Assembly (NCBI GenBank): GCA_030770535.1
Contig: JASVEC010000100.1
Span: forward strand, 1-58,258
Direction: 5' to 3'
DNA from: Batkoa obscura
Lineage: Eukaryota
Length of the DNA: 58,258 nucleotides
In this document: one piece after another, positions 13,665 to 26,070 of the stretch
Numbering within the stretch: position 1 is the stretch's first letter
Layout of the letters: each line of letters opens with the position of its first letter
Program-made: the position numbers and the translations under genes
The notes under the pieces: model-generated
Told to the model about the DNA's origin: nothing
Databases searched by the model: none
The model's input: only the letters and a program-made list of their open reading frames with translations

Positions 13665-15560
13665 ATGCAACTCAATTTTCTCTCGTTGATAACTCTATTT
13701 GCTGCTTTGGTATCTGGTCAAAATAACACTAAAACTACAGATCCCTGTGCAAAGATAGCTAGCAAATCAGTAATTGGTTATAAAGATGCACTTGCTTGTT
13801 ATGACAACTTTGAACTAACTAATAAAGTACGTGATGGTGTTTCAGATACTTTAAAAAAGATCCTTCCTTTCTATGCTTTTATCGATATTGCTAAAAGATC
13901 CCCTGATCCAAAAGTACCTAGTTATATTGATATTGAAGCTGAATTGAACAAAGTCTTATCTAAAAAATATGATACTGAACGTGATTTCCAAGTTTCTATT
14001 GTTAAGTTTTTCAACTCTTTAGAAGATGGTCATACTAGATATACTTCCAATTGTTTTTCCAGTTTCGTATTCAGACAACCATTCCCATTATACCCAGAAG
14101 AAGGTAAATCGGGAGAAATCCGAGTTAAAATCCCTCAAGGTTTACGATATAGTCAATCTCTTCTTGATGCTTGGAAAGCCGCTGGTGTAGATGTGTTAAG
14201 CTATGCTGGTGCTGAAGTATTATCGATTGATGGTAAACAACCACTCGAATTTGTCGAAGAGTACGCCAAACATTATGTTGGTACATCAAGAGATGTTAAC
14301 TCTCGTATGAATTATGCGCTTGCACGTTCCATTCAAAGTAATGGTCAGTGGGGTATTAGTTATGGTAGCTTTGGTTCTACTACTATTCCGCCAGTTAAAG
14401 AAACTTTAACTTTTAGAATTCGTGTTGGTAATAATGAAAAAGAAGTAGTTGTACCTTATATTGCTACTCCAAATGTAGCACTTCCATTTACTAATGCTGA
14501 TTCCTTTTATAAAAACAACTGTGGAGCTGATGTTCCTAAGGCTGGAAATAATACAAACGTCAATGAACTTCAATTATTAGAAGTACCTGAAGTTAAGGAA
14601 ATCCCAATTGAAGCCCCAATTGAATCTAAAGACTCTAGATTGATTGATCCTCTTTTAACTGCTGTAGTTGATGGTACTTACATTAAAACATATACTTTAC
14701 CCGATAATGTAGGCGTTATCCATATTTCTACTTTTTCACCTTCTAACAGAACCAAATGGTTTGATGAGGCAATTGATGGTTTCAAGGCGCTTCAAGATGA
14801 AAAAGCTGAAAAATTGATTTTGGATGTAAGTAATAACGGTGGCGGCGCCATTTGTTTGGGATATAACGTACTTGATTATCTCTTTCCAAATGCTTCTACT
14901 AAGTTTTTTAATACTGATATGCACTATTCTCCATTACTTGCTAAGCTTACTCAAAATTCAACCAATGGTTTCTTTAATCCAAAATTTTATAATCAGCCTG
15001 ATGGTAAACCATTCGCTTCACAAAACGCCTTTACTAACATCAAAACCTATAATCGTGGTAATAATAGAAACAGTCAATATACCCCTCAATTCCAAGACAG
15101 GTGTGGTACCAATCAATTACGCTCTCTATTAGTTAACAATACTCAACCATTTAAAACTGAAAATATTGCTTTAGTTTCCAACTCTATCTGTTATTCTACT
15201 TGTACCCTTTTAAGTAACGGTATGCAAGAATTTCATAATGTTAAGAGTTATGCTTTTGGTGGCCTTAAATATAAAGATGCTACTATTGGTTCCCTTGGTG
15301 GCGGTACTGTTCATTCTCTTGATGGCCTTTTAGGTAGCTTAAAATCTTCAGGATTGGATAAGGACCCTGCTGCTCCACAACCACTCCCAATCAAAGGCGG
15401 TATTCGCTTCACTGTTAGAGAGGCTTATTCTTCTAGATTTAAGGAGCTCCGTCCATTAGAGTTCACTTGGAATCCAGCCAAGAATCATAAAGCTTATACT
15501 GCAGAAACTGCTTTTAATCCATACAAAGTTTGGGAACAAGTTGCTGAAGACTTGAAATAA
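13665..15560 (+). CDS. Secreted S41-family (tail-specific protease/CPAF-like) serine peptidase, copy 1, intronless
   Basis: Signal peptide MQLNFLSLITLFAALVSG; DPCAKI; LEDGHT (His); GAEVLSIDG (PDZ-like); VGVIHISTF; LILDVSNNGGG; ICYSTC (catalytic Ser); PLEF. Confidence 0.88.
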   Translation: MQLNFLSLITLFAALVSGQNNTKTTDPCAKIASKSVIGYKDALACYDNFELTNKVRDGVSDTLKKILPFYAFIDIAKRSPDPKVPSYIDIEAELNKVLSKKYDTERDFQVSIVKFFNSLEDGHTRYTSNCFSSFVFRQPFPLYPEEGKSGEIRVKIPQGLRYSQSLLDAWKAAGVDVLSYAGAEVLSIDGKQPLEFVEEYAKHYVGTSRDVNSRMNYALARSIQSNGQWGISYGSFGSTTIPPVKETLTFRIRVGNNEKEVVVPYIATPNVALPFTNADSFYKNNCGADVPKAGNNTNVNELQLLEVPEVKEIPIEAPIESKDSRLIDPLLTAVVDGTYIKTYTLPDNVGVIHISTFSPSNRTKWFDEAIDGFKALQDEKAEKLILDVSNNGGGAICLGYNVLDYLFPNASTKFFNTDMHYSPLLAKLTQNSTNGFFNPKFYNQPDGKPFASQNAFTNIKTYNRGNNRNSQYTPQFQDRCGTNQLRSLLVNNTQPFKTENIALVSNSICYSTCTLLSNGMQEFHNVKSYAFGGLKYKDATIGSLGGGTVHSLDGLLGSLKSSGLDKDPAAPQPLPIKGGIRFTVREAYSSRFKELRPLEFTWNPAKNHKAYTAETAFNPYKVWEQVAEDLK

Positions 15561-15923
15561 TTAACAAACCCTTATCATTAATAAAAATTATCTAAAACCA
15601 TATTATTATTTGCTTTAGTTATTATTATCAGTAATGGATTTCTATCCAAACTATTTAACATCTTTTCATATTAAAAACTATTTGTAAGCAAACTAAGTAA
15701 TTTAGTCCTTGAGACTACCTAAAAGTAGATGCATTTGTATTGACGAATAAGGGGTAATGAATAATAGCTGTTTCTATTGTTTGTCTCCAGTAGCATCTAT
15801 GTAATATTCTTTTTTTTATAAAATAAATTATATACAAATAAATAAAAGACAGTGCTTGAATTAGTTATGTTAAATTAAATTGAAGTCATACTTAGCTTTT
15901 GTAAACTTTACTTAAAAATCCTA

Positions 15924-16018
15924 ATATTTTTGTATTTAATAATTTTATTAATAACTTTTCCACTTAAATAGCGCTTAAAAATGGAAAAAGTGATGAAACC
16001 AAAAAAGCACCCTCAATA
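15924..16018 (+). mobile_element. MITE-like element, copy C (left end decayed)
   Basis: TTTTCCACTTAAATAGCGCTTAAAAATGGAAAAAGTGATGAAACCAAAAAAGCACCCTCA matches the family core. Confidence 0.65.
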
Positions 16019-17059
16019 TTAATTATATTTACTCAAATAAACTAATAGTAAGTTAATTTGAAAATAAATACAAAACATTTCAAATTAAAAAATATTAATA
16101 TTTTATAAGCATATATACATTATTTAGTTTATTTTTTGTCTTTATTACGTTTATTATTGTATAATAGATATAAAAACTTATTAATAAATTATATAAAACA
16201 ATAATAATAATTTAATGCATAGATGTAATTTCTTATAGTTAAAACCATTTTAAAACAAAAGCAAAAAATTTTATAAATTTTTTATAAATTACAGATATTC
16301 TTATGTAAAGCAACACCTATAAATAATTTTTAGTCTTTTCAATATTTAAAAATCAAAGCTTTACCATCTATCTTTTACAAAAAACCTAAAGCTTATTTAG
16401 CGTTGTCCTTAAATATAAATATTTTTCTACTAATGCAGTTGTGTAAAATTATTTTATTTTAAAAGAACGTAAAATATAAATTAAAATATAAAATCAGGGG
16501 TACTAAAACCACTATAAAGAAAAGAGGAAAAATAAAAGGAAAACAAAAAGCCAGAATATGGTTTCTAAACTTAATTTAATATGAGTTAATGCTATAGCTA
16601 TTTTCTAATCAGTTCCGTTAATCCATGTAAAGGAAAGAATCAAGATGTAAAAAATTGTAATTAATTATCCGAATGATACAAATTATTATTTCTAAATTTG
16701 TAAATAATCATAACAATTGGGAGGTGATTTTAAAAAGGCGGAAAATTAAATCAAAAAGATAACGGAGCAATCAAAATTGATATCTGGAAAATTGAGGTCC
16801 GATGAGGAAAATTGGTAGTTTAACTTAGCTAAAGGGGGATATTTACTAAATTTAGCTAAAACGATAAAATTTTTTATTAAATTGATATAGAGTTTTTAAA
16901 AAATCGTAATAAAAAGATGAAAATAAAAGATTATCTTTTTACTATTGTTTTGTTTAATTTTTTTTGATAATCGTTTATCAACTACACTTTAAAAATAACA
17001 GTTTATCAATTCAATCAAAGTTTATTAATTCATTCAAGTATTGTACAACTATCAATAAC

Positions 17060-18609
17060 ATGCCTCCTTTCGTAACTGAAGCAAAACAAAGTAACTTTTT
17101 TTATCAAAAACGTTGATAATAATACTAATAGCCTTAATATAAATAGATAATTCAGATGACAAAATAGTTACTATAATTAATGGAAAGGTATATGATATTA
17201 CTGATTTCATTAATGAACACCCTGGTGGACCAGTAATTAAAACTCAAATTGGTATTGATGCTACTGGTAAGACTAACATCACATATTGATAGTCAGTGAT
17301 AACTAACTTCAAATTAAGATACTTTTAATGCGTTCCATCCACCTAACATTCAGGAAATTTTAACTGATTATTATGATGAAGAACTCACTAAACAATACAA
17401 ATTAAAGGGTGAAAAAGGTAATACATTACAATGTTTAATATTAAATAACATTACTAATAGTAATAATAAATAGATAATGAGTTCTTAAAAGAAATAAGAA
17501 ACTTAAAGAAGGATTTCGAAAAGGAAGGTTTGTTTAAATCAAACAAACCTTTTTATCTTATGATTGGAGTATTAAACATCTCCATTTTTTTATCTTCTGT
17601 AATTGTATTAAAACACTTTGGTCATACTTTGATAGGTGTTTTAATCTCTGCATTATTGATGGGATTATTTTGGCAACAATGTGGATGGCATGCACATGAA
17701 TACCTTCATCATCAAGTATTTGAAAATCGATATTTGAATAATACTGTTGGTGGTTTATTCTTTGGTGCAGTTTGTCAAGGTTTTTCCCCATCTTGGTGGA
17801 AAGATAAGCATAATACACATCATGCTTCACCTAATGTACATAATGATGATCCTGATATTGATACTCACCCATTTTTAGCTTGGAGTGAAAATGTAATGGA
17901 GCTATATACTGAATTAGATGATCAAGAATTAGGAAGCCAAATGAAATTATTCATGTTGAATAACCAAAAGTTCTTATTTTTTCCATTATTGGCATTTGCT
18001 AGATTATCTTGGTGTTTCTTTAGTTTATGGTATTCCTTAAGTAATGGTCAACTAGGTGATAAAAAAAAACAATTTATTCCTATTTCACCTATCGAACCCC
18101 TCTGTTTAGTACTTCATTGGGTTATTAATTTTTTTATTGCATTTTATTATCCAACTACGTGGATTAAATCATTATTGTTTTTATTCTTTTCTCAAACTAG
18201 TTCAGGTGTATTAATTGCCGCTGTCTTTAGTTTAAATCATAATGGTATGAGAATTTTAACTAAAGATGAAGCAAATGAATTAGATTTCTATCAACTACAA
18301 ATTGAAACTGGAAGAGATGTAATACCTTCTTATTTTATGACTTGGTTTACTGGTGGTTTAAACTATCAGATTGAACATCATGTAAGTTTTTATTTTACAC
18401 TATATATACTTTTACTTATCATTTCGATTTAGTTATTTCCAACTTTACCAAGACATAACTTCCAATTCACTCAAAAGAGAGTACAGGCCTTATGTAATAA
18501 ATATGATATTAAATATCATTGTACAGGCTTCTTTGAAGGTACAATGGAAGTCATGGATCGTTTAGATAGAGTATCTAAAATGATTAATTCTAAATTGCAT
18601 CTTGATTAA
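17060..18609 (+). CDS. Cytochrome b5-fused front-end fatty acid desaturase (delta-6-like), 5 exons, 444 aa
   Basis: Exons 17060-17090, 17147-17266, 17319-17417, 17474-18381, 18433-18609 splice in frame; HPGG; His boxes HEYLHH, WWKDKHNTHH, QIEHHLFP. Confidence 0.92.
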
Positions 18610-18702
18610 TAAATATATATTTTTTTTATTGTTCTGAATTTTATTTAACTTATTTTCTTAGTCAAAAATTATATTTTACTGATATTTTCGTTTTAAAAGT
18701 CT

Positions 18703-18794
18703 AATAAGAACGCTTTTTTGATTTCACTTTTTCTATTTTCAAGCACTGTTTGGAGTAGAATAATTATTAGTAAAATTAAAAATACAGCCTCAAT
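18703..18794 (-). mobile_element. MITE-like element, copy D (degenerate)
   Basis: Reverse complement GAGGCTGTATTTTTAATTTTACTAATAA...CAAACAGTGCTTGAAAATAGAAAAAGTGAAATCAAAAAAGCG. Confidence 0.55.
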
Positions 18795-19625
18795 TCCATT
18801 TTTTTTGAATGATAATAACCTTTTAATAAAAAAATTGATATCTGCAAAAGTTAGTTAGCTATATAATACTTTGATTGTAGTTTAGAATGATCATATTAAT
18901 TTACTACTCTAATGAGTTATTTGATTCAAAATATAAATTCAGCAGTAACAAAATGATCAAAATAAACATGTTTGTAGTAAATCGCAAAGAAAACTAGAAA
19001 AACTCTAAAAAGTAGATAACTAATTCCAAAGTTCGATTTTAAGCTAGCTTGAACTTTCATAGGAAATTACTATTTTCAGAGTCTAATATTAAGCAAAGGA
19101 GCTTAAAATTGAATCTAATGTTAAAAGAAACAATAAACAAGAATAAAGCTTAAAGTTTTAAATAAGTTTATATAGTGAATTTCTTATACTTTTTTATATA
19201 GCTTATTATTATATAGTATTGTTTTGATACTTTTTTTGTATCTTTAAATTTTTAGACAAAAATTTTGTTAATTCATAAAATTAAGGCTTTGGCTTAAAAT
19301 CCTAGAGAGCTTTCAAAAGTAAGTAGTCCAGTTTTTGTGGAAATTTAGGCTGGTTTAAAATTAAACTTTGGCAGTAGTCTGGTTTTTTTGGAAACTTCTC
19401 CAATTTTTTTGCTATTCATTGTACAAATTACTACCACCAAATTTTGGAACCAACTCAGCCCAAATCATAATATTCCAAAAAAATGTGCTTAATTTTGATT
19501 TAATTCTTTATAAGGCTAATAAGCTTAAAAAACGCAGTTAAATATTTTAAGCAAATGAAATCAATATTGAATTATTTTTTTCTAAAAATTTCAAATTCCA
19601 TTCTTTTTTAAAATATCAATACAAG

Positions 19626-22600
19626 ATGGATGAGTTTGAACTAAGCTCAGATGATCCGGGGTTAGAGCTACTTATGCAGGAAATTGAAGCTAAGAACAGA
19701 CTGACGGGAAATGTGAAATTTGGGAATAATTTAGGGAATAATCAAGTGAATGTTCAAGGGAATGAAGGAAACAATGTAAATGGAAATTCAATTCAAAATT
19801 TCAATAATAACCAACCCATGAATGACAACAATTATAACAATAAAACAAATTTCAATTCACTTGGAACGTTGAATAACAACACATATAACTCAACTTCAGT
19901 GGGGACTAAAGCTCCTTTTGGTAGTCAGATTAATCATAGGTTGGCTCAAACTAGAGCAAACAACTCAGGCAATCTTAAAAACAATATAATTCCAAATTCT
20001 AACAAAATAAATATTCATGATCCAGCTTTTTTTGAGATATCAGATGATGATTATGATGTATTTAATAAGATACTGGAATTAACAGATTCTAAAAAGGGTA
20101 CAGTAGCTGACAAGGATATTATGGGTAAAAATGATACCATAGCTACAAAGAGCAATATAACTAAAATGGATACTCTAACCAAAAATGACAGCATAAGGAA
20201 AAGCTCAACTGAATATGGAAAAGTTAAACTACAAGGTACAAATGAATACTTCATTATTTCGGATGATGATGATGATGATTTTGATATACCACAGGAATTA
20301 ATTGAAATTGAAAATCGCAATAAATTTAACAAACCAAATAATACAGGGATTATGAATTCAATCGCACAGAATAGTAATCTAACAAATAATAACGATAATA
20401 ATCTGATAAATGATACTCTGTTTAGTAATAGTATCAGTAGCTTGAATAGCAATCAATTTCAACATGACATTAACAATCAAATAAACAATACTAACGACAG
20501 AATAAACAGTTTAAAAGATGGTACTTCTAAACCTATAATTAATAACCAAGCAAATGTAAATAATTCGAATGTTCAAGGATTTAACCGGAACATAAACATT
20601 AATTTAAATAACAAAAAGTTTAATTTAAATAGTAATAATAATAATGCTATTATAAATAATAATCACAACGCTACTTTAAGTAATAATATTAATAACCTAA
20701 CTAATAACAATTTCAATATAGAATCGAGTATAAATCAGGTCCTAATATACAATTAGATCAAGATCCAATATTTGAAATTTCAGATGATGATTTTCCTATC
20801 GAGCTATTTGATCAGCTAGCACAACAAGGGGGTAAACCAAATCAAAGTAGTAAATCAGACAATATAAATACATCGAGGAATGATAATAGCATTAAAAAAA
20901 AAGAAATTCAAACTAAGCTAAATTTTGTACCGACTAAACCAAACGCCAATAAACCTTCCTTTAATATTATAAGTAATTATAAACCACCTACAAAATGTTA
21001 CGAACAAGATAATTGTTATACAGAATTAAATTATTGTCCAGAAGCAATAAAGACATGGGTTTATCCAACTAATTATCCATTAAGAGATTATCAATTTAAT
21101 ATAGTAATGAAAGCACTTCATGAAAATACTTTAGTTTCATTACCCACTGGTCTCGGAAAAACATTTATAGCAGCTGTAGTAATGTTTAATTTTTATCGAT
21201 GGTTTCCAGATTTAAAAGTAGTATTTATGGCACCAACAAAACCACTGGTAGCACAACAAATAGAATCATGCTATAAAGTATGTGGTATTGATCCAAAAGA
21301 TTGTGTAGAATTAACGGGTATGACACAACGTAAATTAAGACAAGAATTGTGGAGAAGTAAAAAAGTATTTTATATAACACCACAAATTTTAGAAAATGAT
21401 TTAAAAGAGGGATTATGTTCTCCTGAATACTTTTCATTGATAGTAGTAGATGAAGCTCATCGGGCTCAACGTGCTTATGCTTATGTTACAGTAATAAAAG
21501 AGATATTTAAAAAAAATCCATTATTTAGAGTATTAGCATTATCAGCTACACCAGGATCAACAATGGATAAAGTACAAGCAATGGTCACTAATCTAAATAT
21601 AGCCAGAATTGAAATAAGAACAGAAGAAGCATTAGATATTATGCCATATACATTTCAAAAATTAGTGGATAAGAGGGTAGTACCATTAAGTCCAATAATT
21701 GAAGAAATTAGTGAAAATTTCAAAAATATATTTCGACCAAATTTGGAAAAATTAAAAAATAAAGGTGCTTTTTGGAGTACGGATTTGGAGCAGATTTCTC
21801 ATTATAGTTTATTAAAAGCTAGAGAAAGGTTTCGTGCCAATTCTCATAATGGCGGTATGGATTCCAGATTAGCGGAAGGAGATTTTGCTTTATGTATATC
21901 TATGGTTCATCAATTAGAGCATTTACATAAATATGGAGTTACTACATTTAGTAAAAAGATACGTGAATGGATCGAAGAGTCGAAATCAAGTGAAGCTAAA
22001 TATCGCCATCAAATGTTAAATAACCTTAGTTTTCAAAAATTAGTCTCTAAAGTCGAAGAAATTGTACAAAGAGAAGATTATCATCAAAAACTAATGAGTC
22101 ATCCTAAATTGGAATTGTTAATTAATAAAGTTCAAGAGCATTTTAATTTATTTGATTCCAATTCAAAAATTATGATATTTGCTCAATTTAGAGAAACAAT
22201 TAATGAAATTATACAAACGTTATCTAAATTAGGAGATCATGTTCGGGCTACTCCATTTATTGGTCAATCAGATGGTAAAGCTAGTAAAGGTTTAAAACAA
22301 AAAGAACAAATTGAAGTAAGATTGTTCCATTTTATATAATAAAATAGAATATTAATATTTTAATTTATCTTTGATTTTTAATTTTAGGTAATTCAAAAAT
22401 TTAAACGAGGTGAATATAATATATTAGTTTGTTCTTCTATTGGTGAAGAAGGACTAGATATTGGTGAAGTGGATTTTATTATTTGTTATGATAGTACAAG
22501 TTCACCTATTAAATTGGTAATAATTTGATAAACATAGTACTAATAAAATATTGACTCATTTTATTTAATTAGTTACAACGTATAGGACGAACAGGAAGAC

Positions 22601-23791
22601 GAAGGGATGGAAAAGTATGTATGCTATTAAGTAAAGGAAAAGAAGAGAGATCTTTTTATAGTTCTAAAAGCTATCATAAAACAGTAGTTAAAGCTATTCA
22701 AGAAGGTAAAGTAGATTATTTTCAACAAAATGCAAGAATGTTACCACAAGGTTGTATACCCATTTGTGAAAAAAAGAACATTCATATTGAACCTTATGAT
22801 AGATTAATAATTAAACCTACAAGAGGAAGAGGAAATAAGTATAATGATAATAAATATAAGAATCAATTAGAATTAGAAGAAGAGCTAATTGATTATCAAT
22901 TGAATGAGGATAGAATTTCATTAGATATAACAAAATCTATGATCAATAGACCTACTCTTTATTATTCTGTTAAACATACACCTTTATGTTATAATGTTGT
23001 TAAGATATTTAATCAAATTCAATATTTAAAAATTAGACAAGGTAAGATTTAATTTTTAATTTTTATTGAGTTAATTTAAATTTAAATAATTTATATTTTT
23101 TATTAGAGAATGATAAAAGAAAAGAAACCCATTTAAAAAGTAATAATAATAATAATAATCAAGTAATAGTGGAGAGAAACATATCTTTGATTTTAAAAGA
23201 TAACTTAGATGATTCAGTTGATAATGATATGGATTTTGAGTTGAATAACAGTGATTCTATAGGAAATGATAAAAGTTTCTGTAAGGAAGCTAATAACAAT
23301 AATAAGAGTGATGAGGAGCTATTACCTTTAAAAAGAAACTTAGATGCTAGAATGAAAGCTCTGTTTGATCGACATGCTAAGATTGCTAAACAAAGATTAC
23401 AAAGTAAAAATATAAAAGAAAATGAAAAAAGTAAACAAAATCAAAATGATGAAATAAAAGAAGATAAATCAAAAGAAATTCGATCCAAACCAACAATTAA
23501 ATTGGATGAAGAAAATATTAGTAAAAATTTGACAAAAAGTATTAATTTATTACAAAATTTTAAAGCAAAGAATACTGTAAAAAAATACATTAACGATACT
23601 TCATTTAATAATATAGAAAATAAACTCAACAAATCTAGCAATACTAGTTTTAATGAAGGTAATGCTACTTTTTTTAGTCATTTAAAATCAACACAAGAAA
23701 AAAGTAATAATAATAATAATAGTAATAATTCAACAATGATATTAGATTCCAGTATCAATGATAATAACCAATCTATTATGATATTAGAATC

Positions 23792-23824
<33 letters not shown>

Positions 23825-24575
23825 CAGCGTTATAGTATTGAATACAAACAAACAAATAAAACCAAGGGTCGTTGATAATACTAAGAAATTAAAAAGAAGA
23901 TACAATGAAAGCAACAATAATAATAATTTAAAGAATAGTAACAAAAATAAAACATTATTAATAACTAATGAATTAATGGAACTTGAAGCGGAAGTATCAT
24001 CTGATAAAAATGACTTTAGTGAAGATGAAATTGAAAATGATAATAATAGTGATGAGAATGAAGATGGTGATTTAAAAGGATTTATTTGTCAAGATGATGA
24101 AATATCGCCTAATATATTAACCAATAACAGTAGCGATTTTAACAATAATAATAATTATAATCAGTCCCATATGCAAGCTTTTTATCAACAATCTATCTTT
24201 ACTCAACCTAATAATGAAGAAATACTAAATAAATTTCAAACTAAATTACATCAATTTGGTAATCAAAAAGTAGGACTAAAATATGTATTAAAAAAAAATC
24301 AAAAGAAAATAAAAGAAATTCAAGAAGAAGAAGAAGAAGAAGAGAATGAAGAGGATGAAATAGATGATTCATTTATCGTTAATGACGATGAAATTGAATA
24401 TGAAAATTCAAGTCCAAGACAAATTTCAATTTCACCAATGAGAAAAACAAGGTCTATTAAAAGAAGGGAAATGGAAATGGAAAGAAAAATGCAAATAGAT
24501 TATTTGAATAATCATGAATTAACTAGTTCTCAAATTCAAGAACTGTTTGAGGATGATGAGGACAAAATGGAATAA
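19626..24575 (+). CDS. MPH1: FANCM/Mph1 family DEAH helicase with Asn-rich N- and C-terminal regions, about 5 exons
   Basis: [67 protein letters not shown]-terminal [21 protein letters not shown] resembles a conserved FANCM motif. The first intron boundary (~20680-20756) is approximate. Confidence 0.92.
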
Positions 24576-24704
24576 ATACAGTTCAAGTAAGAAGTAATAA
24601 AATTTTAATTATATTCAAAAGAAAAAGTTAATTAAATTTAATATTGAAAAATAATAAAATTAAATGATATGAAATAGGAATTAATATTTATTTCAAAAAA
24701 CAAA

Positions 24705-25895
24705 TTAATGTCGATTTAAATATTCTCGAATTTTAGTGGATGACAATTTATTTTTAATATCTTGTTTATTTTCATGATCTGATATTAATTCAATACAAAT
24801 TATATTTAATTCATTATAACCTTTTTCAAGTCTCTTTTTGTTGACTAAAATTATATTAATATAGTTTCAGTTGTTTTATTTATGACTATATATTTAAACT
24901 TACTTGCTTCGCCACCAGAAACAGTTTCTTTAGATACTATTAATGTATCAATAGTGGAATCATGGATTGTTGGGCCATATGGATCAAAGATGGGTTCTAT
25001 CTAAATAAAAAGAAAGATTAAAGAATATGAATTGAAATGATATTAATAAAAGGAATTCGATAAAACTTACAATAAATTTAAAATTGGGACGTAGTAAATT
25101 CAAAAAATGATTAATAATTTCTATTCTTTTATCATTCTTTTGAATTTCATGAGCAAATTGTTTATTTTTTAATAAGGAATCATCTAGTAAAAGTAAATGT
25201 TAAAAAAAATTATTAATTTTATAGTTTATTAGAATATACAAACTTACCCATAATTCCACAAAATAATTTATCTTGAGCTAATAATAAAGCTGTAGATAGC
25301 AATATTTTATGCCCTAAATGTAAATGATCAAATGTACCTCCTAAAGCTATATAATGATAAGGTACATCTTTAATAATAGTAGTTGGATGGATGACGTTAT
25401 CAATAGTTGATAAGTTAGAATCATGATAAGTTAACAAAACCAAATTGGATGAATGGAAATTGTACTCTGATAGATATTGTAAATCTGATTATGTATAACA
25501 GTAAATTAGAAACAAAGTTAAAATTTTAAAAAATAAAATCAAAGTTGAAGTTTACCTTCTTTTTTAGAATAAATCTGCAATTGATTATCAAATAAATCAT
25601 TCGCTTTTTTTAAAAACTCTTTATTATAAGTCTGATAGATAATATTAATATCTAATAATAATTTATTTCCAATACTCCAAGTCCATAATTGATTATATAA
25701 ATAACAGTTGATGGAATAAAGTGATTGATGAGAAGAGATGATATTACTATCATTATAAATGTAAACATAAAGTGAACGATACTTTAAAGTTTGTAGGAGA
25801 TTTTGAATAGATTGAAGTAATTTTGAGTTGATAATAACTTGATGTTCTTTTATTTGTATATCAGTATCACTATTTATAAGAATAATTTGATTCAT
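24705..25895 (-). CDS. CAB4: Phosphopantetheine adenylyltransferase (cytidylyltransferase fold), multi-exon
   Basis: [46 protein letters not shown]. Confidence 0.88.
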
Positions 25896-26070
25896 TTTTG
25901 ATTTCTATTTATATTATTATAAAATTCAACAAAAAAGAAGCATTGACTTAAATAAATTGATTGCAAAATAATCTGAACATTTGAAAAAAACTCCTAAGTT
26001 TTATTTGAAATTTAGCTTATTTTAAAAATTCAAGTTTATTTCCATTATTTTATTTACTTTTGATTTAAAA

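Noticed and set aside
14839..15132. Alternative-frame ORFs in both S41 copies (14839-15132 and 35290-35574)
   Set aside because: Explained by codon bias and paralogy; no independent coding evidence.
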